A stretch of DNA of 64,000 nt from Lysobacterales bacterium (GCA_022844165.1 JALHMH010000003.1:160001-224000), one strand, 5' to 3'; counted from the first letter of the stretch, positions 18,231 through 29,286 are shown. Notes: generated by a model from the letters alone, not told the origin. Translations and numbers: made by a program.

Positions 18231-19065
18231 GCGCGGGCTCCGGTGGCCGAATGGCGTGGCCTCGATCGAGCAAGTACAACTTCAACGCCGGAATCTCCAC
18301 CTCGCCCGAGTGGAACACGCTGGCGGCCAGTGCGCCATCGACATCGGCCAGGGCGAAGGCGTTGGCAAAATGTTCCGGTGCGCCAGCGCCACCGGAGGCG
18401 ATTAACGGCACCTCGCAAATTGCTCGGACCGCCTTGAGTTGCTCCAGATCGTAGCCCCGCCGTTCACCATCGACATTCATGCAGTTGAGGACAATTTCGC
18501 CGGCACCCAGTTCCTGCGCCTGACGCACCCAATCGAGGGTGCGAATTGACAGTTGTTGCGTCTTGTTGGGATCGCCAGTGTACCGGTTGACGCGCCACTC
18601 GCTGTCAATGCGTTTGCTGTCGATGCCGACCACCACGCACTGCGCGCCGAATTCGTCCGACAGTTCCCGGATCAATGCTGGTCGCTCCAGCGCCGGTGTG
18701 TTGACGCTGATTTTGTCGGCGCCGGCGAACAGGACTTCGCGCGCATCCGTGATGCTGCGGATCCCGCCGGCTACGCAAAATGGGATATCGATGGCGCGCG
18801 CCACGCGCTCGACCCAGGTCCGATCGACACTGCGACCTTCCGGGCTGGCAGTGATGTCGTAGAACACCAGCTCATCCGCGCCCGCATCGCGGTAGCGCAT
18901 TGCCAGATCGAGGATGTCGCCCATCACCACGTGGTCGCGAAAACGCACGCCTTTGACAACTTTGCCGTCGCGCACGTCCAGGCACGGGATGAGGCGACGG
19001 GTGAGCTGGGTTGTAGTCATGGTGGATGGTCGTTGGTTGTTGGAGGGCGATATGGACGACGTCAT
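18223..19065 (-). CDS. hisF: Imidazole glycerol phosphate synthase cyclase subunit (alternative start 19020)
   Basis: [40 protein letters not shown]. Confidence 0.95.
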   Translation of the reverse strand: MTSSISPSNNQRPSTMTTTQLTRRLIPCLDVRDGKVVKGVRFRDHVVMGDILDLAMRYRDAGADELVFYDITASPEGRSVDRTWVERVARAIDIPFCVAGGIRSITDAREVLFAGADKISVNTPALERPALIRELSDEFGAQCVVVGIDSKRIDSEWRVNRYTGDPNKTQQLSIRTLDWVRQAQELGAGEIVLNCMNVDGERRGYDLEQLKAVRAICEVPLIASGGAGAPEHFANAFALADVDGALAASVFHSGEVEIPALKLYLLDRGHAIRPPEPAHA

Positions 19066-19793
19066 TCGGCTTGATGCAGCGCATCGGGCACACCGAATCT
19101 CCCGTCCAACAGCGCCTTGCCGATCACCACCGCCGCTGCGCCCGCCGCACGTAGCGCGCGCAGATCAGCAAGCGCGTGCACACCGCCGGAGGCAACCAAG
19201 TGGGCGTTCGCAAAACGCGCCGCAAGACTGCGATACAGCGCTACATTCGGCCCGCCGAGCATGCCGTCGCGATCGATGTCGGTGACCAGGAAGTGCCTCG
19301 CGCCTTTGGCAAGCCATGCGGCCGTCGTCGATTCGAGATCGGCGGTTTCAAGCTCGGTCCAACCCGCGGTGGCGATCCGGAACACGCCGCCAGCATCGGC
19401 GCGCGCATCGAGCGCCAGCGTAAGGCGCTCGGCGCCGAACTCGTCAAACCATTGCGCGACCAGCTGCGGCTGTTTGACCGCCAGCGAACCGACGACAACG
19501 CGCTCGACACCCGCTTTAAGAAACGCATCGAGTTGCGCGCGTGAGCGCACGCCGCCGCCGGCCTGCACGCGCAGACCGGTGGCCACCATGCGTTCGATCA
19601 CCGCGAGGTTCTCGGTGCTGCCGGTCTTGGCGCCGTCGAGATCGACCACGTGCAACCACTGCGCGCCTTGATCGCGATACGTTCTCGCCAGTTCTACAGG
19701 ATCGTTGGCATAGGTTTGCTGCTGCGCGAAGTCGCCCTGCAGCAAACGCACGACGCGCTGGGCGCGCAAGTCGATGGCCGGGATAATGATCAT
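19062..19793 (-). CDS. hisA: ProFAR isomerase
   Basis: [37 protein letters not shown]. Confidence 0.95.
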   Translation of the reverse strand: MIIIPAIDLRAQRVVRLLQGDFAQQQTYANDPVELARTYRDQGAQWLHVVDLDGAKTGSTENLAVIERMVATGLRVQAGGGVRSRAQLDAFLKAGVERVVVGSLAVKQPQLVAQWFDEFGAERLTLALDARADAGGVFRIATAGWTELETADLESTTAAWLAKGARHFLVTDIDRDGMLGGPNVALYRSLAARFANAHLVASGGVHALADLRALRAAGAAAVVIGKALLDGRFGVPDALHQAE

Positions 19794-20389
19794 GACATCG
19801 CCAGAAAGTTGCGGATCAAACGGGCGCCGACGGCTGAAGAGCGCTCGGGGTGAAATTGCGCAGCCATGAAGTTGCCGCGGGCCACAATGGCGCAGAACGG
19901 CTGGCCGTGCTGGCAGGACGCCAGCGTCAACTCGCTGACCGGCGCGGCAAAGCTATGCACGAAATACGCGTACGAACGCTCGTCGAGACCGGCGATCAGC
20001 GGATGCTCGCGCAATATTTGCAGCGCATTCCAACCCATATGCGGCACGCGCGCCGCAGCGCTGGCTTCGAGGCGTCGGATCGTGCCATCGAACAATCCCA
20101 GGCAGCGCGTCTGGCCACCCTCGTCCGACGTTGAGAATAGCAACTGCATGCCCAGACAAACGCCGAGCACCGGCTGCTTGAGCGTTGGCAGACGCGTCGA
20201 CAAACCCAACGCATCCAACTCACGCATCGCCGCGGCAGCGGCGCCGACGCCCGGCAAAATTACCCGCGGCGCACGCGCAATCTCGTTCCAGTCGCGCGTC
20301 ACCGTCACGTGCGCACCCTCGCGCTCGAGCGCGGCGCGCATTGAGCCGATGTTGGCAACGCCGGAGTCGATCAGGGCGACGGGCGTCAT
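19790..20389 (-). CDS. hisH: Imidazole glycerol phosphate synthase glutaminase subunit
   Basis: ILPGVG, LGVCLGMQLL, PHMGWN, YFVHSF, QFHPERS; ATG at 20389. Confidence 0.95.
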   Translation of the reverse strand: MTPVALIDSGVANIGSMRAALEREGAHVTVTRDWNEIARAPRVILPGVGAAAAAMRELDALGLSTRLPTLKQPVLGVCLGMQLLFSTSDEGGQTRCLGLFDGTIRRLEASAAARVPHMGWNALQILREHPLIAGLDERSYAYFVHSFAAPVSELTLASCQHGQPFCAIVARGNFMAAQFHPERSSAVGARLIRNFLAMS

Positions 20390-20574
20390 GGCTGTTGCGC
20401 CGCGTTGTCGAGCAAGAGCGGGACACGGTACACGGGGCACGCAACCGCCCCCCCTGGCATTCGAATCACATCCGTCGCAACCTCGGGCCATGCTCTGTGT
20501 GCCCGGTGCCGCGTGCCGCGTGCCGCGTGCCCCGTGCCCCGTGCCCCGCCTTTCTCGTCCGCCCCGCGCCGCAT
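20386..20574 (-). CDS. Putative 62-aa bridge mini-ORF spanning the heptamer insert between hisB and hisH
   Basis: ATG 20574 overlaps the hisB stop (TGATG). The TGA ending at 20386 overlaps the hisH ATG (ATGA). The 189 nt between are open. Confidence 0.45.
   Translation of the reverse strand: MRRGADEKGGARGTGHAARGTRHRAHRAWPEVATDVIRMPGGAVACPVYRVPLLLDNAAQQP
20419..20548. repeat. Inverted heptamer arrays (GGGGCAC-like / GTGCCSC)n
   Basis: CGGGACACGGTACACGGGGCAC ... GTGCCGCGTGCCGCGTGCCGCGTGCCCCGTGCCCCGTGCCCCG. Confidence 0.88.
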
Positions 20575-21635
20575 CACAACACCCCCTTGGTACTCGGCAC
20601 CGCGTCCCCGCTGCGCCGCGTCGCCACGCGCAGCGTACGCGCGAGCACCTTGAAGCAGGCCTCGACCATGTGATGCGCGTTGTCGCCGCGAACGGTCAGA
20701 TGCAGATTGGCGCCGAGCGTTTCGCACAGCGAGCGGAAAAAGTGCGGCACCAATTCGGTTGGCAGCTCACCAACGCGCTCGCGCGGGAACGTGCCGTCGA
20801 ACACAAAGTATGGACGTCCCGATAAATCGAGCGCTGCGCTGGCCAGGGTTTCGTCCATCGGCAGCGTGAACGCATAACGCTCGATACCACGTTTGTCGCC
20901 GAGCGCAGATTTGAGCGCCTGTCCCAACGCGAGCGCGCTGTCTTCGACCGTGTGGTGCTCGTCGATGTGTAAATCGCCCTTGCAGCTGAGCGCCAGTTTA
21001 AAGCCACCATGGCGCCCGATTTGCTCGAGCATATGGTCGAAAAACCCCAGGCCGGTCTGGACTTCCGGCAGTGCTTCGCGATCCAGATCGATCTCGACGC
21101 GAACGCGCGTTTCCTTGGTGTTGCGCTCAATCACTGCAACCCGCGGCGCATTCAGCAGGCGGTGCGCAATTTCGGGCCAAGGCAATCCCTCCGTGCCGCA
21201 GCGTATGCCGGTCACGCCCATGTTCTTTGCGAATTCCAGATCCGTCAGGCGATCGCCCACCATCGCGCTGCATTTCCGATCCCAGCCAGGATCGGCCAGA
21301 TAGTCGAGCATCATCCCGACCTTGGGTTTGCGCGTATCAGAGGGTTGATGCGCAAAATGCCGATCGATGCGTTCGCTGGCGAAGGTGATCCCTTGCGAGC
21401 GCAGTACATCAAGCATCAGGTTGTGCGCGGGCCAAAAAGTGTCTTCGGGAAAGCTCTCGGTACCAAGACCGTCCTGATTGCTCACGAGCACCAGCTCATA
21501 CCCGGCATCGACGATGCGCTTGAGCGCCGGGATGACCTGTGGCAGAAACTTCAGCTTCTCGATGGCGTCGATCTGCTGATCCGGTGGTTCTTCGATCAGA
21601 CAACCGTCGCGGTCGATGAAAAGGATTTTGCGCAT
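20574..21635 (-). CDS. hisB: Bifunctional histidinol-phosphatase/imidazoleglycerol-phosphate dehydratase
   Basis: FIDRDG, SNQDGLG, RKP; [32 protein letters not shown]. Confidence 0.96.
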   Translation of the reverse strand: MRKILFIDRDGCLIEEPPDQQIDAIEKLKFLPQVIPALKRIVDAGYELVLVSNQDGLGTESFPEDTFWPAHNLMLDVLRSQGITFASERIDRHFAHQPSDTRKPKVGMMLDYLADPGWDRKCSAMVGDRLTDLEFAKNMGVTGIRCGTEGLPWPEIAHRLLNAPRVAVIERNTKETRVRVEIDLDREALPEVQTGLGFFDHMLEQIGRHGGFKLALSCKGDLHIDEHHTVEDSALALGQALKSALGDKRGIERYAFTLPMDETLASAALDLSGRPYFVFDGTFPRERVGELPTELVPHFFRSLCETLGANLHLTVRGDNAHHMVEACFKVLARTLRVATRRSGDAVPSTKGVL

Positions 21636-21719
21636 GGATTTCTCTTGCCTCTTTCTCCGTCGCTATCGCGCGACGCCTTTGTCTGTTCCCGCAAGCCTCC
21701 AGCGCCGGCGGCAACGGCC

Positions 21720-22784
21720 TCACGCCAGCACGCGACCCACTGCTTCCAGAAACTGATCGTTTTCGACAGGCGATCCGATCGTCACCCGCAAGCCGCCAGC
21801 GAGCTTCAAATAGTGCGATACGTCGCGGATCAGTACGCCCTGATCGGCCAGTTGATTCCAGATCGACCTCGCGTCATCCACCTGGAATGCCAGGAAGTTG
21901 GCGCGACTGGGCCATACGCGGCGTATGTCGCGTATGCCCGTCAGTGCTCCGTAGACGCGCTCGCGTTCCTGCACGGTTGCAGCAATGCGCGCCTGATGCT
22001 CGTCGCGAACCGCGAGCGCCTTCAGTGCCGCATCGACGCAGGGCGTCGGCAGTGGATAAGGCGCCATGATCCGGCGCACGAGGCCAATGATCTCCTCGTG
22101 TGCGATCAGCGTACCCAGGCGCGCGCCCGCTAAAGCGTATGCCTTCGACATCGTGCGCAGCACGCAGACGTGCGGATAGCGATCGATCAGGCCCACGGCG
22201 CTCTCGCTTCCGGCGTATTCCAGATAGGCTTCGTCGACCACCACGAGCGCGCGACCGGCCAGCGCGGCTGCCAATCGTTCGATATCCGCAAGCGGCACCC
22301 GCGAACCCGTCGGATTGTTCGGGGTGCACACGTAAACCAGCTTCACCGGCGCTGCGAGCGCTGCGGTGATCAGTCGGTCGACATTGAGGCGAAAGTCGGT
22401 ATCCGCTGTCAGCGGCTCGCTGATGACGCTGGCGCCTTGCACGCCGGCTGCCACTGCGTACATCCCGAAGGTGGGCGGCGAGATCAGCACCGCGTCTTGC
22501 CCGGCGCGACAGAAGGCGCGCGTCAACAAATCGATGGCCTCATCGCTGCCGCGGCCGACGAACACGCATTCGGGGCGGGTGCCGTATAGCGCTGCCAGTG
22601 TATCCATCAAGGAGCGCGGTTGCGGATCGGGATAGCGATTCAAGCCGAGCAGATCGCCGACAAAAGGCAACGTTGGCGACTCGTTGGCGTTCAACATCAC
22701 ACTCGCCCGGCCCGCCTCCAGGCGCGCCGAGCTGTAGGCTTTCAGCGTCAGCAGCTCGGGCCGTGCGAGCGCCAATACGCTCAC
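21720..22784 (-). CDS. hisC: Histidinol-phosphate aminotransferase
   Basis: [49 protein letters not shown] 22784 overlaps the hisD stop. Confidence 0.95.
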   Translation of the reverse strand: MSVLALARPELLTLKAYSSARLEAGRASVMLNANESPTLPFVGDLLGLNRYPDPQPRSLMDTLAALYGTRPECVFVGRGSDEAIDLLTRAFCRAGQDAVLISPPTFGMYAVAAGVQGASVISEPLTADTDFRLNVDRLITAALAAPVKLVYVCTPNNPTGSRVPLADIERLAAALAGRALVVVDEAYLEYAGSESAVGLIDRYPHVCVLRTMSKAYALAGARLGTLIAHEEIIGLVRRIMAPYPLPTPCVDAALKALAVRDEHQARIAATVQERERVYGALTGIRDIRRVWPSRANFLAFQVDDARSIWNQLADQGVLIRDVSHYLKLAGGLRVTIGSPVENDQFLEAVGRVLA

Positions 22785-24094
22785 GGGCGACCTTCCTGTG
22801 CGATCGCCGTCAGGCGTACCTGAACGGCAAGCGCGTGTGCCTCCAGACCTTCCGCTTCGGCCAGCGTGATGGCGGCGGGGCCTACGGCTCTGAGTCCCTC
22901 TGCGCTGGCCTCCTGTACGGTGACGAGCTTTTGAAAACTCTGCACCGATACGCCGCTCAGCGTGCGCGCATGCCCGTTGGTTGGCAGCACGTGATTGGTG
23001 CCGCTGGTGTAGTCGCCAAGCGACTCGGGTGTGTAGCGGCCCAAGAACACTGACCCGGCGTTTTCGACATTCAACAGCAGGCGCCGTGGATCGGCGACAT
23101 TCAAGATCAGATGTTCCGGCGCGTAGTCGTTGGCGATGGCTACCGCCTCTTCCAGCGAATCGACGCAGATCGAGCGGCTGTGGCGCAGCGCCTGACGGGC
23201 AATATCGGCGCGCGGCAGGGTTTCGAGCAAATCGTCGATCGCTTCGACCACGCTGTCGGCCAGTTCGCCACACGGGCTGAGCAACAGCACCTGCGAATCC
23301 GCGCCATGTTCGGCCTGGCTGAGCAGATCGGCAGCGACAAAGCGTGCGTTTGCGGTGTTGTCGGCGATGACCAACACCTCCGAGGGTCCGGCCGGCATAT
23401 CGATCGCGGCACCAAAACTCTGCTGCGAGACCTGCAGTTTGGCCTCCGTGACGTAGCTGTTGCCGGGCCCAAATATCTTCGCCACCCTGGGTACGCTCGC
23501 CGTGCCATAGGCCATCGCCGCAATCGCCTGCACGCCGCCGAGTTTGTAGATCTCGCGGATGCCGCACGACCATGCCGCATACAACACCGCCGGATCGATG
23601 CTGCCGTCCTTACGCGGCGGCGAACACAAGGCGACACGTCTGCACCCAGCCAGGCGCGCGGGTACGCACAACATCAAAGCGGTCGACGGCAATGGCGCTG
23701 TGCCTGCGGGCACATACAGGCCGACGGCGGATATGGGCAGCGGCAGGCGCTCGCACATCAATCCTGGCGCCGTCGACAAGGCAATGGGGTGGGGGCGCGT
23801 TTCGCGGTGGAAGCGCTCGATGCGGATGCGTGATTCGTCGATTGCCTGCTTGAGTGCGCCGGGCAGCGCCGCTTCCGCAGCTGCGAACTCCGCGTCGTCG
23901 ACGCGGAACGCACCGATCTCGACACCATCGAAGCGTCGCGTCAACGCACGCAGCGTGGAATCGCCATCGCTGCGGACCTGCGCCAGCAATCGTGCCACTT
24001 GTTCCTTGAGATCGGCGCTGGACAGGCCTTCTGGGCGGGCAAGGGCTTGCGCACGCTCTGCGGCGTTCAAGGTAGACCAGGTCAGGCGTTTCAT
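22781..24094 (-). CDS. hisD: Histidinol dehydrogenase
   Basis: [59 protein letters not shown]. Confidence 0.96.
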   Translation of the reverse strand: MKRLTWSTLNAAERAQALARPEGLSSADLKEQVARLLAQVRSDGDSTLRALTRRFDGVEIGAFRVDDAEFAAAEAALPGALKQAIDESRIRIERFHRETRPHPIALSTAPGLMCERLPLPISAVGLYVPAGTAPLPSTALMLCVPARLAGCRRVALCSPPRKDGSIDPAVLYAAWSCGIREIYKLGGVQAIAAMAYGTASVPRVAKIFGPGNSYVTEAKLQVSQQSFGAAIDMPAGPSEVLVIADNTANARFVAADLLSQAEHGADSQVLLLSPCGELADSVVEAIDDLLETLPRADIARQALRHSRSICVDSLEEAVAIANDYAPEHLILNVADPRRLLLNVENAGSVFLGRYTPESLGDYTSGTNHVLPTNGHARTLSGVSVQSFQKLVTVQEASAEGLRAVGPAAITLAEAEGLEAHALAVQVRLTAIAQEGRP

Positions 24095-24978
24095 GACAGC
24101 AGGCTCTCCACAGGCAATACCATTAACTGGCTGGCGCCGCCCTTTTTCAGTGCTTCCAGGTGTGTCCAGGTCACTGCCTCATGGCACAGCGCCTGCACCG
24201 TAATGCCACCCTGTCGCGCCAGCACATTCGGCGTCGCGCCGCGTGGCAACAGCGGGAGTAGCGCAGCAAGATCGCTCTGCGCTGCGTTCAGTATCAGGAG
24301 CTTCGATTCGCGTACACGAATCACGCCATCGATACGCCGCAGCAGCAGCTCGGCGTATTCGGCGCGTTCATCGAGCGGTGTGGCGCTACCGATCAACACC
24401 GCCTGACTGTCGAGAATCGAAGCGACCTCGCGCAGCTGGTTGGCGATCAGTGTGGCGCCCGACGACACCAGGTCGCAGATCGCATCGGCCGTTCCCAGGC
24501 GTGGCGCGATTTCCACCGAGCCGTTCAGCACAACCACGTCCGCTGCCACCTCATGGCGTTTCAAGTAGTCCCCGAGCAAGTGCGGGTAACTGGTTGCGAT
24601 GCGCAATCCGGCGAGCGACTGCGGGCCGTCGAAAGTATCTTCGTTGGGGACAGCGATCGACAGACGACAGCGCCCAAAGCCCAGCTCGCGAAGTTCCACG
24701 AATCCTGCGGTGCCGGTCGTTTGTGCTTCGATACGGCGCTCCTGTGCGACGTTGCGGCCAACGATGCCCATCTCACAAACGCCCTGCGCGATCAACCCCG
24801 GAATATCGTCGTCGCGCACCAGTAACAGATCAATCGGCAAGGTCTCGCCGAAGCAAAAGAGCTTGTCGCGACTCTGGCGGAACTTGAGTCCGCAGCGTTG
24901 CAGCAAGTCTTGCGACGACTCCGACAGTCGCCCGGATTTTTGCACTGCGATGCGCAGGCGATCGCGTGGTTTGCTCAT
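24091..24978 (-). CDS. hisG: ATP phosphoribosyltransferase (long form)
   Basis: [43 protein letters not shown]; AAGGA RBS before ATG 24978. Confidence 0.95.
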   Translation of the reverse strand: MSKPRDRLRIAVQKSGRLSESSQDLLQRCGLKFRQSRDKLFCFGETLPIDLLLVRDDDIPGLIAQGVCEMGIVGRNVAQERRIEAQTTGTAGFVELRELGFGRCRLSIAVPNEDTFDGPQSLAGLRIATSYPHLLGDYLKRHEVAADVVVLNGSVEIAPRLGTADAICDLVSSGATLIANQLREVASILDSQAVLIGSATPLDERAEYAELLLRRIDGVIRVRESKLLILNAAQSDLAALLPLLPRGATPNVLARQGGITVQALCHEAVTWTHLEALKKGGASQLMVLPVESLLS

Positions 24979-25058
24979 GATGTTGTCCTTCGTGGCTACG
25001 CCGCCGTAACGCGCCGCAACCTGGGGTGTGGTGATGGTGGCCGCTACCGCCGCGGAAC

Positions 25059-25379
25059 TCAGGCCGGCTTCCGTTTTCGGCGCAGCCGCTCGCTCGCCAG
25101 TTGGTAACCGCTGTGATCCGCTGTGAGGCAACGCGCCACGCGCCCGATGGTGGTTACGCTCACTGCCGTCAGATCGTGAATGTCGCGGTACGGCACGCCC
25201 TCGACCAGATACGGCACCACCGACCACCGATCGGCCAGCGCTTCGAGTTCGGCGGGGGTCGTCAGATCCTTCAAAAAAGCATGCATCTCATCCACCGAAC
25301 GCAACGTCAACAGCGCTTCGCACAGCGCCGCTTCTGCATGCGACCTGGATGCCACCGGAGCCACGAATCGACGCTTCAT
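25059..25379 (-). CDS. YerC/YecD-family TrpR-related repressor (probable HisR-type regulator)
   Basis: FLKDLTTPAELEALADRW...PYRDIH...VSVTTIGRVARCL; first gene of the his operon. Confidence 0.88.
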   Translation of the reverse strand: MKRRFVAPVASRSHAEAALCEALLTLRSVDEMHAFLKDLTTPAELEALADRWSVVPYLVEGVPYRDIHDLTAVSVTTIGRVARCLTADHSGYQLASERLRRKRKPA

Positions 25380-25381
25380 AG

Positions 25382-25439
25382 TGTAATAGCGCGTTAATAC
25401 ATTGGCGCGGACCATAGACGAGCGCCAGAGAGCCGTCAA
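25382..25439 (-). promoter_or_regulatory. sigma70 promoter plus palindromic operator of the his operon
   Basis: Minus strand reads TTGACG (25439-25434), 17 nt, TATGGT (25416-25411), then TGTATTAACGCGCTATTACA (25401-25382, 16/20 self-complementary), ending 2 nt before the ATG. Confidence 0.7.
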
Positions 25440-25677
25440 GCGAACCGCGCAATCTGACCCGCATACTTCACGAGGTCGCGAGGAAATGGTTGATTTCGTA
25501 GCAACGGCGAGGAATTCTCGACGTTGATCGATACGACGGGCTGTACGCTGCCATTTCTTCGCTCAGGCGGCTGCGCTCCCAGCTTCGCTCCTCCGGCCAA
25601 CGTATCCATGCGTCGCGATTGCGGATGCGCGAGGGCAATTCGCAGCCGTACGCGGCGTGAAGGTCCCGCATTGAATC

Positions 25678-26424
25678 TCAGAGAGTCACGAGCGCCTGGC
25701 GCAGGATGGCGACCGCTCGCGCCATACCGATCTTCAGCGTGCGCTCGATGTCTTCCATCGTGATCTCCGCTTCTGGCCCACGCCCGGCGGCCCAATTGGC
25801 GCTGACCGCAAGACTGGCGTAGTCGATATCCAGCTCGCGAGCGAGCGCCGCCTCCGGCATCGCGGTCATGCCGACAACATCGCAACCGTCGCGATGCAGG
25901 CGCGCGATTTCGGCGCGGGTTTCCAGGCGCGGCCCCTGGGTGACCGCCATGACGCCGCCATCGTGCGCGCTCTCATGGCAGCGGCGCGCAGCGTCGAGCC
26001 AGATCTGGCGCAAACCTGGCGTGTAGGGCTCGGATAGATCAATGTGGCGGACCGCTTCGCCGTATTGATCGCTAAAGCTGCTGACCCGGCTATGTGTGTA
26101 GTCGATGATCTGATCGCAGACCACGAGTGCGCCCGGAGGTGCGATGTTGGAAATGCCGCCGACGGCGTTAATCGACAGCAGCGAATGCACGCCGACCTGC
26201 TTTAGCGCCCACAAGTTGGCGCGATAATTGACACGATGCGGCGCAAGTCGATGCGGATCGCCGTGGCGCGCGACGAACACGACTTCCACACCATCGAGCT
26301 TGCCGCGTTTGAGTGGGCTGGTAGGTTCGCCGAAAGGGGTCGACCAGGGTTCATGGCGAACGTCGGTCAGATCGGGCAGGTGGTAAAGGCCGGTGCCGGC
26401 GATGACGCCAATCGGATTGCTCAT
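25678..26424 (-). CDS. S-methyl-5'-thioinosine/adenosine phosphorylase (MTAP family)
   Basis: IGVIAGTG, TPFG, ARHG, VNYRAN, QGPRLET.AE, VVGMTAMPEA.LARE, ANWAAG. Confidence 0.9.
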   Translation of the reverse strand: MSNPIGVIAGTGLYHLPDLTDVRHEPWSTPFGEPTSPLKRGKLDGVEVVFVARHGDPHRLAPHRVNYRANLWALKQVGVHSLLSINAVGGISNIAPPGALVVCDQIIDYTHSRVSSFSDQYGEAVRHIDLSEPYTPGLRQIWLDAARRCHESAHDGGVMAVTQGPRLETRAEIARLHRDGCDVVGMTAMPEAALARELDIDYASLAVSANWAAGRGPEAEITMEDIERTLKIGMARAVAILRQALVTL

Positions 26425-26960
26425 ACGGCGTAGATTCCTCCCAGGTTGCGACCACGTTCGTGCATGTCCATTCCGCAGCCGAACACGTAGCGGTCGGGCA
26501 CCTCAAGGCCGACAAAATCGGCGCGCAGCCCTGGCACGCAGCGGTCGTGAAGTTTGCGCGCCAATACGGCGATTCGAACACTCCTGGCGCCGCCGCGCGT
26601 AGCCATTTCAACCAAAGCCGCCAGCGTTTTACCTTCGTCGAGAATATCGTCGACGAACAGCACATCGCGCCCGGTGAATGGCTGGCGTGGTTTCGCTTTC
26701 AGTTCCATCCATGCGCCAGTGGTGGCGCCGCGATAACGCGTTGCGTGCAGATAATCGAAATCCAGATCCAGGTCGATGCGCGGCGCCAATTTCCCAGCAA
26801 GAATCAGCCCGCCGGTGAGCACACAGATGTAATGCGGCCGCATGCCACGCATCGCGACCGTGATCTCATCGCCCATGCGCACAATGGCGCGATCGATCGA
26901 TGCTTCGTCGTGGATCAGGTCGGCTCGTTTGAGAGCGGCTTCGAATTCGGCATCGGTCAT
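26421..26960 (-). CDS. hpt: Hypoxanthine-guanine phosphoribosyltransferase
   Basis: PRT loop VLFVDDILDEGKTL; PDRYVFGCGMD; RNL. Confidence 0.9.
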   Translation of the reverse strand: MTDAEFEAALKRADLIHDEASIDRAIVRMGDEITVAMRGMRPHYICVLTGGLILAGKLAPRIDLDLDFDYLHATRYRGATTGAWMELKAKPRQPFTGRDVLFVDDILDEGKTLAALVEMATRGGARSVRIAVLARKLHDRCVPGLRADFVGLEVPDRYVFGCGMDMHERGRNLGGIYAV

Positions 26961-27970
26961 AGGGGCGACGACTCATCAAACAGATTGTGCAGCCTAGCGT
27001 TCCAATGTGACCACGTCGAGCGTGCGAGTTCCTTCCGCAGCCCCGCGCGTAAGTCACCGCGCAAGGCGCCGGCCAGTTTGCGGCTGACAGCAAAGCCACT
27101 CGACACAGACAGCGCGTCTTCGACAATCTCCGGGCTGCAAACCAGAACCAGGTCGCAGCCTGCGGTGCGGTGTGCGTCGAGCCGTAGTTTGATCGCACCG
27201 AGCGCCGCGCCGGCCAACATGCCGATGTCGTCGGAAATCACAATGCCGTTGAACCCGAGTGCGCTCCGGAGCGCCGTCTTGATCCAGAACGGCGAGTACC
27301 CTGCGGCCTCGGGCGCGACCTGCGGGTACTCGACGTGACCCATCATCACCGCGCGCGCTAAAGCCCCGGCCATCGCGAACGGCAGCACGTCCTCTTCGAA
27401 GATCGCCAGCGACGGGCGCTGATCGATGGCGCGATCGAAATGGGTATCGGCCAGCACGCTGCCATGCCCAGGAAAATGCTTGAGCGTGGCTGCCATGCCG
27501 GCGCGCTGCATCGCATCGACGTATACCGTCACCAGTTCAGCACAAATCGCCGGATTGGCATGAAACGCGCGATCGCCGATCGCCAGGTTGCCACGTAACA
27601 GGTCCGCGACCGGTGCGAAGCTCAAGTCGAGGCCGGCATCCAGTACCTCGGCGACCATGATCGTTGCGTGCAAGCGTGCCGCACGCCGTGCGGCCACAGG
27701 ATTGCTGTCATACAGCGCGCCGATTCGCGCCAGCGATGGCAGTAGCGTGAACCCGGTCTTGAAACGCTGCACACGTCCGCCTTCCTGGTCGACCGCGATC
27801 AAGGTGTCGGGGCGCAGCGCACGGATGTCAGCACATAGTGCTCTGAGCTGTTGGCGGTCGGCGAAGTTGCGCGTGAACAGAATCACGCCCGCGACTGCCG
27901 GATGCGCGAGCCAGTGTCGTTCTTGCGGCGCAAGTTCAAGCCCGGCGAGGCCGATCATCAACGCGCTCAT
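26957..27970 (-). CDS. nagZ: Beta-N-acetylhexosaminidase (GH3)
   Basis: GVILFTRN, VDQEGGRVQR, SFAPVAD, KHFPGHG...DTH, ISDDIGM. ATG 27970 overlaps the CYTH stop. Confidence 0.93.
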   Translation of the reverse strand: MSALMIGLAGLELAPQERHWLAHPAVAGVILFTRNFADRQQLRALCADIRALRPDTLIAVDQEGGRVQRFKTGFTLLPSLARIGALYDSNPVAARRAARLHATIMVAEVLDAGLDLSFAPVADLLRGNLAIGDRAFHANPAICAELVTVYVDAMQRAGMAATLKHFPGHGSVLADTHFDRAIDQRPSLAIFEEDVLPFAMAGALARAVMMGHVEYPQVAPEAAGYSPFWIKTALRSALGFNGIVISDDIGMLAGAALGAIKLRLDAHRTAGCDLVLVCSPEIVEDALSVSSGFAVSRKLAGALRGDLRAGLRKELARSTWSHWNARLHNLFDESSPL

Positions 27971-28437
27971 CTGTGCCATCGCGTAAAAGGCAATTTCGCC
28001 AGGCGCACATTGTAGTAGCGCTCGTCGTTCGTCACCTCGATGCCGAGCCAATCCGGGCGAGGAAACTCCGCGTCCTCGTTGGGCAACTCCAACTCAGCGA
28101 CGATCAAACCGGAGTTTTCGCCGTGAAATTCGTCAATCTCGAACACGAAGTTCGCCATGTTGATGTAATGTCGAGTTTTACTCAACACCGGCCCATCGGC
28201 AAATTGCCTGATCATCTCGTGCGCCTCATCAACGGGGATGGCGTATTCGAACTCCAGCCGGGCCGCGCCGCGATCCAGGCTCTTCAGATTGAGCCATGCC
28301 GCCTCGCCCGCGATCCGCACTCGCGTCGAGCACCGTGTTCCGCCGAGATACGCCTGACTCATGTGTGCGCTACGTCCAACCAACGCACGCCAGCTGTCGT
28401 TGGCCAGCAAAAACTTACGTTCAATTTCGATGGGCAT
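27967..28437 (-). CDS. CYTH-domain (triphosphate tunnel) protein
   Basis: IEIERKFL, RVR, EFEYAIP, KTRH, EIDEF, VAELEL. Confidence 0.92.
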   Translation of the reverse strand: MPIEIERKFLLANDSWRALVGRSAHMSQAYLGGTRCSTRVRIAGEAAWLNLKSLDRGAARLEFEYAIPVDEAHEMIRQFADGPVLSKTRHYINMANFVFEIDEFHGENSGLIVAELELPNEDAEFPRPDWLGIEVTNDERYYNVRLAKLPFTRWHR

Positions 28438-28524
28438 AACGCTCCCTGGAAGAGCACATTTTCGCAGCGCCGATTCAAGTATCGGCAGGTCCGGGCGCGG
28501 CGGCAGCCGTGCCCACTCCGGGCA

Positions 28525-29286
28525 TCAGCTGCGCAAGCCCACGCCCTGACGCAGCAGATGCAGGCAGAAGACGAATAACACCGCCGTCATGCCGATCATG
28601 ATGGCAAACGCTACCCACAGATTGACATCAGACTCGCCCAATACGCCATAACGAAAGGCATTGACTGTGTACAAGATCGGATTGGCGAGCGAGACGTTCC
28701 GCCAAAATTCTGGAAGCAGATTGACGGAGTAAAAAACGCCTCCGAGATAGGTCAAAGGGGTGAGGATGAACGTCGGGATGATCGAAATATCGTCGAACTT
28801 CTTCGCGTAGACCGCGTTGACGAATCCGGCCAGTGAAAACAAAACAGCTGCGACGAAAACACTGAGCAGCATGATCCACGGATGTGCAATCGACAAGTCG
28901 GTGAATAGCAGCGATACGATCAGCACGATGCCGCCGACGAGCATGCCGCGCATCACGCCGCCGGCGACATAACCGGCCAGGATGATCCAGTTCGGTGTCG
29001 GCGACACCAACAGCTCTTCGACATAGCGGCCAAATTTGCTGCCAAAGAACGAGCTGACCACGTTGGCATAGGCGTTCTGGATGACACTCATCATGACCAG
29101 GCCCGGCACGATGAAGTCCATATAGCGATGACCGCCCATCTCGCCGATGCGGCTACCCACGAGCTGGCCAAAAATCAAGAAGTACAGCGTCATGGTGATC
29201 GCCGGCGGTACCAGGGTTTGACCCCAGATGCGCAGAATGCGGTTAACTTCTTTGATGACGATGGTCTGGAATGCAATCAGCGACAT
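28525..29286 (-). CDS. ABC-2 permease (YadH-like)
   Basis: KEVNRILRIWGQTLVPP, YMDFIVPGL, LTPLTYLGGVFYS, NPILY. Confidence 0.9.
   Translation of the reverse strand: MSLIAFQTIVIKEVNRILRIWGQTLVPPAITMTLYFLIFGQLVGSRIGEMGGHRYMDFIVPGLVMMSVIQNAYANVVSSFFGSKFGRYVEELLVSPTPNWIILAGYVAGGVMRGMLVGGIVLIVSLLFTDLSIAHPWIMLLSVFVAAVLFSLAGFVNAVYAKKFDDISIIPTFILTPLTYLGGVFYSVNLLPEFWRNVSLANPILYTVNAFRYGVLGESDVNLWVAFAIMIGMTAVLFVFCLHLLRQGVGLRS

Noticed and set aside
21720-25227. Long N-terminal extensions in the track for hisC (23573) and hisG (25227); likewise hisH, trkH, pfk and the SpoIIE fusion
   Set aside because: They overlap neighbouring genes or repeats. Downstream starts with an RBS or stop/start overlap fit the family lengths.
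25468-25671. 67-aa ORF between MTAP and the his promoter
   Set aside because: No recognisable motif or RBS; it cannot be supported from sequence alone.
28475-28525. TGATG-started mini-ORF after the ABC permease; similarly ATGA at 56710 after gspK
   Set aside because: Both stop early (16 and 13 aa) and do not reach the next gene, so they are not bridges. They are counter-examples to keep in any statistical test.
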